Part shown: one piece after another, positions 57,201-64,000 of the stretch
Numbering within the stretch: the first letter of the stretch is position 1
Layout: each line of letters opens with the position of its first letter
From: a virus
Virus record (IMG/VR): IMGVR_UViG_3300025133_000027
Location: 32,001-96,000 of that record
DNA: 64,000 nt
Direction: 5' to 3' (one strand)
Made by a program: the position numbers and the translations under genes
Notes under the pieces: model-generated
What the model was told of the DNA's origin: nothing
What the model saw: the letters and a program-made list of their open reading frames with translations, nothing else
The model's database searches: none

Positions 57201-60200
57201 CTAGCATTGAAGATTTTAATAATCTTATTGGTGAACCAACAAATAGGTATGCAATAAGATACAAAAAACTTGAGAAATTAAAAGAAATTTTCTATGAAAG
57301 AGTTGAGAATACTCCTGATATTGAGAAGTTTGTTTCACTTTATAAATGGTTGGACTCTTCACTCGACGCGATTGTTAAAAACCTCATCCCGGCATCTGCC
57401 GATACTAACGATGAAGTAGCTACAATCATCGAGAGTCACGTATTAGAGAGGAGTTCTCATGAGGGAAGCCTTGGATTAAAAGGAGTTTATAATTACAAGA
57501 AGAAAGAAATAAATGATAATATGAACGCAGGAGCTTTTGTTGATAGCAAGATCAAAAAACAAGCTGGTAAATATCCTATCTCGACAGACTATTCTAATAC
57601 TGAAGCTTATACACCGCCTGTCTATGGGAAAGGGGATGAGGAACTCGGTGGAACGAAATTCTCTGACACACTACACCCAGAAACAAGAGCAGAAAAAGTT
57701 ACCACAATTGCTGGTGGTATTCAGAGAGTTCCTGCTCATCTAAAGAAGCGATTTAATATCCCAAGAAAAGATCAAGCATTATTGGACTCTACTCTCAACT
57801 CATATAGTGAAAATCGTTATGATTCTTCAAATTCTAATAACGTCTGGAGTAATCTTAGAGAAGAAAAAGATCCTTCGGTAAATACCAGAGTCCAGATTCA
57901 CGATGCAATAAACCGCTCTTATGCACTCCAGGCTAGAAGCGCTAACAACTTTGAAATGGAAGATCCTGAATTTGTTTCTGGAATTAATAGAAATAAAAAT
58001 ATTTTCAAAGGGTATTTTAGACCATTTATCAAAAGAACTAGTACAGCAGAGATTGCCGATAATTACTTTAGTTTAGGGTTTGACGATATTCAGAGTTACT
58101 TATCGTCATCAACATTGACATTTAAGAATATTGAAAAACTTGATATCTTTTTCAACATAAATGGTGTTCTAGATGCAACAGATGTTGAATCATACGCTGT
58201 CTTACCATTCACTGCATATAGTAGTTCTGTTGAAAAAGGCTACCAGAAAGATCTAACCGAATTATCGCACCCAATTACTATTATCGGGCACCACGATGAT
58301 ACAGAGTATTTAAACGGCTCTCCTGGGTTGCAATCTCCTTTTAACAAGGCTCATGTTGGTGGGTTTAACCATCGAAGCCAGCCTGTTAACCGAGGGAGTG
58401 ACGACGCTAGCTCTAGAGCAGAACAGTTTAAGATTCTTAGCAATGCTACTGGTTTTGGCCTATACCCACCGTGGCAGGCAGCAGAACTAGCTTTCGCTCG
58501 GCCAATATTTAATCTGAATTTTCCTACAGCTATTTTTTCGAAAGAAGAATATGTTCGAAGGGTTGTCAATACAAGAAATATTAGCTATAACTCAAGTTCT
58601 CTTATTCTTGGAAACTACAGAAAGAATTATGAGGTAGTGTCTGCTGGTTCCAGGGCAACTCACAACCTTGCCTTTATAGACCAAAATGGCTTTACACAAA
58701 CAACCAGCAGTTCTCCTGTAATCTCTGGTGATATTGAATATGCGAATCCTACAAGGACTGTGGAAAATGGTACTTCAACAAAGTCATTTTTCGTAACAAA
58801 GTTTAGTTCACCGGGTGGAGCAGAGACTGAAGGTGCATTCTTAGATATTCATTCAGGACAGTATAGTGTTTATAACAATCTTAACTATAGAAATCTTGGA
58901 GTAAGAAAGTCATTAAACAATATATTCTTAGCTAGCCCTTCTGCTTTAGGAGGACTAGTCGAGGGCTCAACAACAACAGGTTCATACCACAAGGTTAATC
59001 GTAATAACGCTACTAGGGTAAAAGAAGTAACGAGAGCAACACCTGTCTATTCGCCAACTTATGATGAATCAGATAAAATAAGTAACAATTTTCATGTTCA
59101 AAGTTCAATCCCTAGAACTGATTATGGTTACAAGTGGATTCACGACAGTCTAAATACAGCTTCCTCGACGCAAGCCTACCTAGGCCACGTCAAACCATCT
59201 GGTATTTCAGGTGGCGTGACCCTGACTAACTTTCATACAGGAAGTTCTTACTTTACAAATAATGCTATCTTAACTCGTTCTTTTGGCTACCCTTCTTGGA
59301 AACAAGTAAGAGTTGGTCAGACAAATTCTGCTAGCCTGCAAAGAAGAGCAAATATCTATGAAAACAGAGTAGTCAGTAAAGTCTTTAGGGAGAGGGATGA
59401 ATATACGATCAAAACAGTTACACATCCTCCGGTAACAAGTAAGTTTAAACCTATTTATCATAAAGCTGTTATGGACGGTGAAGAAGTAGAATTTGAATAT
59501 GCATACGCAAGTTCTTATAACTTCTTTGGTGATAATTATGACGAGTCCACTGGCAAGAATGTTAACTTTCTTGGTAAGAATAATGCAATAAACTTAAAAA
59601 AGAATACCCTTTTAGAAAAGATTGCACAGAATGAGTCTATTAGGACAAAAGCTATAACCTATAAAGAGGTCGTCTGGCCTAAAGAATCAAGAACTTATCT
59701 CAAAACGTCAAGAGAAAGGGCAGATTATCTTCATCCATGGAGAGACGACGAAACCGACAGGATTACTCAGTCTGAAACTGTTTTTGGCCTAAATGTTTAT
59801 AATCCAGACTTGTTTTCAACTTGGCCGCTAGACACGACTGCAACTGGTTTTAATGGAGAATTAATGCAGGGCGATAGTGATGATTATTATTTGTCTGCCA
59901 GTATTACTAGCATGCCTGTTGGTGGGTTAACATATTTTGTTATTGGTGCTCGCTATACTAGGCTTCAAGGAATCACCACTCCTAAATGTACAGTACATGG
60001 TTCTGGAAGTCCTTTCTATGACTCTTATGAAGATTTTAATGAGGATATAAGAAGGATTGGTAAAGATTACTCTATTATTCCTGAATATAATTTTACAAAT
60101 AAAGCTTCAGAGTATTTTGAAAGTGGCGGCTCTGATATACTTGAAGAAACAAACCAATTATTCCTATCCGGCACGCTAGGCGAAACAAGCTCACTGTTTA

Positions 60201-62116
60201 TAGAAAACTTTGTAAACAGCGATCAGCTTAGTTCACACGTAGACATTGAAAGACTAATTGGAAAGCCAACAAGGTTTAAGCTTAGTTTTAGTGGAATCAA
60301 AAAAGTTCTTCCGTATAAAGGGTTCTATCCCCAAGAAAGAACCTTACAATTAGCAAGAATTTTTGAAACGTCCCACAAAATCCTGAATGTATTTCAACCT
60401 AGCGCAACCGGAACGGAAGCTACGTTCAGAACTGCACTTGCTCCTTTTTACTCACCAGGAATTTGTTATAACTCAATTAAAGCCGGGATTGCTGTAGATT
60501 ATCCGATTTTGAACCCTGATAGCCTCACTGCCTTTAGCAGATTAACAGATCTGACAAACTCTCCATTCCGAACAGCTCAAAAAGCTCTTCCCTTTGAAGC
60601 GATCTTAGATCCTATTAAGGGCTTGCTTTCATCTACCTCTTCGTTACTCGTCAGTGACGCTGACAGTGATATACAAGTTGATTCAACAGCTTCCTTTTCG
60701 TCAGGCTCCGATGCTCTTTATAAGAAGGCAGCAAACAATTGGTATGGTTCAGTACCTGACTTGTTCTTAAGAGGTGGAGGCTTAACATCACTTGAATCTG
60801 CAAAGGAAGAAGATTGGGTTTTTGATAATGTATCAAGTTCTTCTGGAATAACCAAATATGTTGGTTATATTAAACTTAATAAAACAACAGGCTTCGCTAA
60901 CTATCGGGGAGGAAACGCATTCGGGCCATCGGCATCTACCGGCGTTAATCTTCACCATGTGCCCCCTTATTGGAGAGGTGATGAGGAGTTCGACAATACC
61001 AGTGCTAGTATTGGTTATGCAAGAATTGAGTTCGATCCTGCCCCAATTGAAATAAACGATCCTGATAGATTTTACAATGGAAAGTTCACTCTTGATGATA
61101 TTATAAAATACTCTACAATTACTTACGGAAATAAATCCCAAGACGATATTCCTGCTGACAACTATATGACACTTTCTGCGAGTGTTAACATGTTTAACAA
61201 GCAAGATTCGAGATGGAAGATTCAGACAAAGTGGGAGTGCCCAAACCTTAACTTTGCAGAAGCGACTGGATACACAACAGGGTCAGTTACCTCTGATGAG
61301 GTTATGATTGGTATGTGGCATCAGTATGGTACGATCCCAGAAGATAGAGAAGGCCTGCTTCTTGAAGCGGCTCCTTCCGAGGCTACCGATAGTTCTTACC
61401 AGATTGCTGCTGGAACCTCTTCCTTAATGGAAGCCTGTGGTTTTAAAAATGTTTCAAAGAGAATTGGAGAAATTGCGGATAGAAAAGATCTATCAGAATA
61501 CATTGCTGTGATTCCTTATTATACTAATGAGAGAGGCAAGGATGTATTCTTAACACTCGACCTAAGAGAATTTGAGGCTTCTTACACTAACTTAAAAGCT
61601 GGAACAAACAATTCTAGCCTTGACGACATGTTGTTCAAGATGAGTGATGTAATGTTGCCACCAAGATTTAATTTCTTAAAGAAGAGAAAGGAAAAAAGAG
61701 GTCCCCTTTCTAAAGAGGAGTATAACCCAATATTGGCACCATTCGCTCTTTACTTATTCGAGTTTACTCACAGTTATAGTCAACTTGACTTATCACATTG
61801 GTGGCAAGGGATCCTGCCAGAGTCTGGCAAGATTGCAACGAAGGAAGATATTTCAATCGATCATGATATAAAAGCTGGCGAAATATTAAGCCCACGCACA
61901 CTAGCCGCTAATGGACTAACTAGCCTTCCTGAGAACTTGAGGTTTAAGATAATAAAGCTTAAAAAGAAAGCAGTCTCAGATTTCAATTATTTGAAAACAG
62001 GCAAAGATAGTGAGGAATATTCCTATAACTGGCCTTATGATTTCTTCTCACTAGTGGAAATGGGTAAACTAAGCATAGAACTTGAATACGGAGACGATGA
62101 TGACGTTTCAGAATAA
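54218..62116 (+). CDS. Giant tail/baseplate protein with LamG domain (2632 aa)
   Basis: TIEFWMK, DGEWHHYAFV, LYVDG, GSLDEFRFW (LamG); IYKSKGTEKAFRNLVRCYG (wedge/tail-like motif). Start ATG 54218. Confidence 0.75.
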   Translation: MSIKNLFKKQNENSSLKSLLKKNIDGFSDDVESQALIEETAIASKIYIPDVDYSTASNFSKFGSSELYYDAAIKRIYTQYPYDGSAAEKKAYDNSLTPLEKHIVDNEYPRYLGHAVFGETWGETAVSDVGFYSSSNPEYISCFSHARTQTLDTSSNQAGSFQLDWDVGATIEFWMKKNSFEGVYNSAETIFDIRNTLGTAKFMMWASVATDPVIYLDYKLSTDSFASIATSEFQMPFNTGLTTIADGEWHHYAFVLNKNSGDYQVELYVDGVYNSTQTQTPTTTTINLTGSAIATIGSLGGAYATGVVSAGYGKLSGSLDEFRFWQTDRTAKDISKNYFTKVHGGGNTDSSKINSNRPLALTAYFRFNEPSIGITAVDDIVLDYSGRLVNGTWHGHNTSSRATGSAISDTGDLIIYSGSSDVQTYIENKRASGRFYDASNNASLANSIPAWILDEDRENGNELSNLLQIIGSYLDTVYLQIENINKTKDLEYKSSTVKSFPHNNKILNSLGFETPELFVDNSVLEVIAAQDNKRLFENRLEEVKGLIYKNIHNNLNYIYKSKGTEKAFRNLVRCYGVDDSLFNIAIHANNHEQEVVSAYEYIHNKFSTIDFTNFSSGDNKSAVIYSYGSASSDVSGYISGSAFEYMGNTLEVSALFPKYPKSSEESLYPPTSFMSQSLFGIVEAAADSTDLTYQTTDNANISVFAVNRDNITKFVLTSSLGFYLESDPISNVYEDTTWNISYRINAEQDEFADNATASANSTISFNGYNYNAGILQDSFEITGSTTRAIHTAFNAAPKRIWAGAKRTNVTGAIANNSNYRLINLNYWSDGIDNDELKAHALDLENMGRRSPGENTFSFQTGLSASYIPKIDTLSLSWNFDSVTGSDSSGEFVLQDVSSGSLARNTAYETAYGKLAKTKHTGYGYGFEVSSEIKKVEFLETSRRNTPEEISSEELISILETDDDVLEKSTRPTSFYFSFEANMFRIISKRMLQYFASIEDFNNLIGEPTNRYAIRYKKLEKLKEIFYERVENTPDIEKFVSLYKWLDSSLDAIVKNLIPASADTNDEVATIIESHVLERSSHEGSLGLKGVYNYKKKEINDNMNAGAFVDSKIKKQAGKYPISTDYSNTEAYTPPVYGKGDEELGGTKFSDTLHPETRAEKVTTIAGGIQRVPAHLKKRFNIPRKDQALLDSTLNSYSENRYDSSNSNNVWSNLREEKDPSVNTRVQIHDAINRSYALQARSANNFEMEDPEFVSGINRNKNIFKGYFRPFIKRTSTAEIADNYFSLGFDDIQSYLSSSTLTFKNIEKLDIFFNINGVLDATDVESYAVLPFTAYSSSVEKGYQKDLTELSHPITIIGHHDDTEYLNGSPGLQSPFNKAHVGGFNHRSQPVNRGSDDASSRAEQFKILSNATGFGLYPPWQAAELAFARPIFNLNFPTAIFSKEEYVRRVVNTRNISYNSSSLILGNYRKNYEVVSAGSRATHNLAFIDQNGFTQTTSSSPVISGDIEYANPTRTVENGTSTKSFFVTKFSSPGGAETEGAFLDIHSGQYSVYNNLNYRNLGVRKSLNNIFLASPSALGGLVEGSTTTGSYHKVNRNNATRVKEVTRATPVYSPTYDESDKISNNFHVQSSIPRTDYGYKWIHDSLNTASSTQAYLGHVKPSGISGGVTLTNFHTGSSYFTNNAILTRSFGYPSWKQVRVGQTNSASLQRRANIYENRVVSKVFRERDEYTIKTVTHPPVTSKFKPIYHKAVMDGEEVEFEYAYASSYNFFGDNYDESTGKNVNFLGKNNAINLKKNTLLEKIAQNESIRTKAITYKEVVWPKESRTYLKTSRERADYLHPWRDDETDRITQSETVFGLNVYNPDLFSTWPLDTTATGFNGELMQGDSDDYYLSASITSMPVGGLTYFVIGARYTRLQGITTPKCTVHGSGSPFYDSYEDFNEDIRRIGKDYSIIPEYNFTNKASEYFESGGSDILEETNQLFLSGTLGETSSLFIENFVNSDQLSSHVDIERLIGKPTRFKLSFSGIKKVLPYKGFYPQERTLQLARIFETSHKILNVFQPSATGTEATFRTALAPFYSPGICYNSIKAGIAVDYPILNPDSLTAFSRLTDLTNSPFRTAQKALPFEAILDPIKGLLSSTSSLLVSDADSDIQVDSTASFSSGSDALYKKAANNWYGSVPDLFLRGGGLTSLESAKEEDWVFDNVSSSSGITKYVGYIKLNKTTGFANYRGGNAFGPSASTGVNLHHVPPYWRGDEEFDNTSASIGYARIEFDPAPIEINDPDRFYNGKFTLDDIIKYSTITYGNKSQDDIPADNYMTLSASVNMFNKQDSRWKIQTKWECPNLNFAEATGYTTGSVTSDEVMIGMWHQYGTIPEDREGLLLEAAPSEATDSSYQIAAGTSSLMEACGFKNVSKRIGEIADRKDLSEYIAVIPYYTNERGKDVFLTLDLREFEASYTNLKAGTNNSSLDDMLFKMSDVMLPPRFNFLKKRKEKRGPLSKEEYNPILAPFALYLFEFTHSYSQLDLSHWWQGILPESGKIATKEDISIDHDIKAGEILSPRTLAANGLTSLPENLRFKIIKLKKKAVSDFNYLKTGKDSEEYSYNWPYDFFSLVEMGKLSIELEYGDDDDVSE

Positions 62117-62900
62117 GAAAGAAGATGTTATTGAACTAAGAATAACAAAGACTGGTAGGGAGAAACTTTCAAAAGGGATATTCCAGCCAGACTCCTATGC
62201 TTTTTTTGATAGTGATATTATTTATGATGATGGAAGTTCTACGGAGCAAAATAATATCGAAGAAAGAATCAAGTCAGATCTTAAACTTAGAACCCTATCT
62301 TCAAACAAAACCTCTGAGCCTGCAAAGGTGAATACTGCTGACTACAAATTTTATAGTGAGATCGGAACAGTTGACCTCGTAACGAGTAGCGTCCCTGCTT
62401 GGAAGATAAAAGCACTAGAAGGTGAATTTGACCTATCTAATTTTAATCATTACCCAAACACAATTAAAACACTTCCGACTTCTGAGACTGTTGCTAATAT
62501 TGAAAGGATTCCACAATTAAACATTGAAATGGTATATAATCTTTATAATGAAATAGTTGAAGTAGATCCTGGTGATGGAAAGACGGTCTCCCCTACTAAC
62601 AAATTAGTTTCCTATTTTGGAAAAGAGTCAGAAGATATCTTAATAGACGTGGACGAACTGAACTCGGTGTACTTGGGCGAAGATGCTGAATATGAAATTG
62701 AGGTTTATAAGATAAACTATAATAACGATACTGGTTCTTTGGTTCTTTTAGAACCTGATGGAGATATCTATGACCCAAAGAGTGCTAGTCATTATATAAA
62801 AATATCTCTTGATGATCAAATACATAAGACAGAGAAAGATAAGACAAAGAATATTTATGGGGAATCACTAATCCAAGATATTGATAAGTGTGAGGACTAA
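62097..62900 (+). CDS. Hypothetical structural protein
   Basis: KKEDVIELRITKTGREKLSKG.F...YAFFDSDIIYD; GGAG SD before ATG 62097. Confidence 0.6.
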   Translation: MMTFQNKKEDVIELRITKTGREKLSKGIFQPDSYAFFDSDIIYDDGSSTEQNNIEERIKSDLKLRTLSSNKTSEPAKVNTADYKFYSEIGTVDLVTSSVPAWKIKALEGEFDLSNFNHYPNTIKTLPTSETVANIERIPQLNIEMVYNLYNEIVEVDPGDGKTVSPTNKLVSYFGKESEDILIDVDELNSVYLGEDAEYEIEVYKINYNNDTGSLVLLEPDGDIYDPKSASHYIKISLDDQIHKTEKDKTKNIYGESLIQDIDKCED

Positions 62901-62902
62901 TA

Positions 62903-64000
62903 ATGACTATAGAAATTAGCGCAAAATCAGGAAGAGTAGGGGACTTATTCGTATTAGAGCAGGAATACTTTACAGAACTATATACTTCGATCACCCCGGC
63001 AAGAGAGTTAAATATTATATGTGGTTTCAATCTTGCAGTTTTTGCTAAGGACAAGTCTTTGTACCCAGAGGTTGTTGAGATTGACAGTTTTTGGGAAGAG
63101 AACAAAGGCTCATATATCAAGGACTTCTATGTTGAATTATACAATAAAAGAGGGTCTATAATAGCAAACATGTCACCACTGTATGAGAAAGATGGGCATG
63201 TTTTCTATTCTAGTCAAATAAGGCTTACAGATATTAAACTAAAAAAAGATATAACTTGCAAAGCTAAGATTACTTTTATAGATCCTACTGTAAATTATGT
63301 AAAGAGTCTATTGACAGCAAACCCGAGCCGACAAGAGATCGAACTTTATAGAAACTTACATAATAAACAGAAGATCTTGAATTTAAATTCCAAGTTCAGA
63401 CTTTCAGAGGTTGAACATACTTATCAAGCAATAAAGTCGATTACTCACAAAGAAGTTTTACACTCAGTTATTGGAGAGACAATTGAGATTAGTAATACAT
63501 CGATGCTAGAACGTATTAGTTATGAAGAAGAGAAGTTTGGGGATTCAATGGAGTCTGTAATCTTATCCCCAAAAGCTTTTTTATTCGGAAATCGAAGAGT
63601 TGATAACCTTTTAGACAATCATAATTTACAGAAAGAAGTGATCATCAGAGAGTTTCTTAATAGCGAAGTAATTCAATATAGCCTTGGGACCTATTCAACT
63701 GATGTTTCTGGTTTAACTCTAGGTAAAACGAAAGAGATTGTTGAGGATGGCAACTCTGGCAGATCGTCAATAACCCGCTCCGCTTTACCCTCAGCTATGA
63801 ATAGCGGTGCTCAAAGAGAGTTTGGTTCATCGGTCAAGACTACTAGCTTACCAATGCATAATATTCAGCTCTACGATGCTGTTACAAAATCTGTTACGAG
63901 TATTGAAGAATCTGTCTTGAATATGAGTAAAGAAGATACTGCCCCCATCCAGGTAAAGTTTTATAAAGAAACAGATTCTTTGCTTTCTGATATGAATACG
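62903..64000 (+). CDS. 3'-partial hypothetical protein
   Basis: GAGGA SD, ATG 62903 (MTIEISAKSGRVGDLF...); the frame appears open to the window end. Confidence 0.6.
   Translation, partial: MTIEISAKSGRVGDLFVLEQEYFTELYTSITPARELNIICGFNLAVFAKDKSLYPEVVEIDSFWEENKGSYIKDFYVELYNKRGSIIANMSPLYEKDGHVFYSSQIRLTDIKLKKDITCKAKITFIDPTVNYVKSLLTANPSRQEIELYRNLHNKQKILNLNSKFRLSEVEHTYQAIKSITHKEVLHSVIGETIEISNTSMLERISYEEEKFGDSMESVILSPKAFLFGNRRVDNLLDNHNLQKEVIIREFLNSEVIQYSLGTYSTDVSGLTLGKTKEIVEDGNSGRSSITRSALPSAMNSGAQREFGSSVKTTSLPMHNIQLYDAVTKSVTSIEESVLNMSKEDTAPIQVKFYKETDSLLSDMNT

Noticed and set aside
1-64000. Eukaryotic giant virus (NCLDV) origin, suggested by LHREDGPA repeats, the minimal ligase and sugar genes
   Set aside because: SD sequences, sigma70 promoters, overlapping operonic genes, peptidoglycan enzymes and gp25/gp6 baseplate genes indicate a contractile-tailed bacteriophage.

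Overview
AT-rich, densely coding 64 kb fragment of a large (jumbo-type) myovirus-like bacteriophage genome in the standard genetic code. No rRNA, tRNA, CRISPR array, integrase or transposase is recognisable. It has four blocks. (1) ~1-25.6 kb: an accessory block of mostly plus-strand genes whose products repeatedly carry [LIV]-x-E motifs at N-terminal leaders and domain junctions, resembling T4 gp21-type prohead-protease sites. It holds five paralogous minimal kinase domains that end right after the DFG-equivalent Asp, two modular GTNWCT + LHREDGPA-repeat carriers with different C-terminal enzymes (DEDDh exonuclease vs kinase), a HAD phosphatase, an RNA-ligase-like/HIGH-nucleotidyltransferase fusion, and a cluster of peptidoglycan-binding/hydrolysing proteins including a pre-toxin-TG-like protein. 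Short minus-strand islands with sigma70-type promoters (L,D-transpeptidase lipoprotein, ATP-dependent DNA ligase) are interspersed. (2) ~26-33 kb: LamG-like virion protein, purA, clpP, PIN-phoH, zincin, Cas4/RecB-like nuclease. (3) ~33-42 kb: a glycosylation cluster (five glycosyltransferases, FkbM methyltransferase, NDP-sugar dehydratase, DegT aminotransferase, cupin). (4) ~42.9-64 kb: a gp55-like sigma factor, then baseplate/tail genes (spike, gp25, gp6-like wedge, a 2632-aa LamG tail protein). The best candidate novel system is a capsid-packaged, protease-processed effector set with swappable C-terminal cargo. Also notable are a ~240 bp helically phased A-tract segment inside a CDS, an unannotated 48-aa highly acidic ORF, and [ST]-[GAS]-S enrichment in virion proteins beside the glycosyltransferase cluster. 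All functional calls rest on motif recognition by eye; no searches were run.
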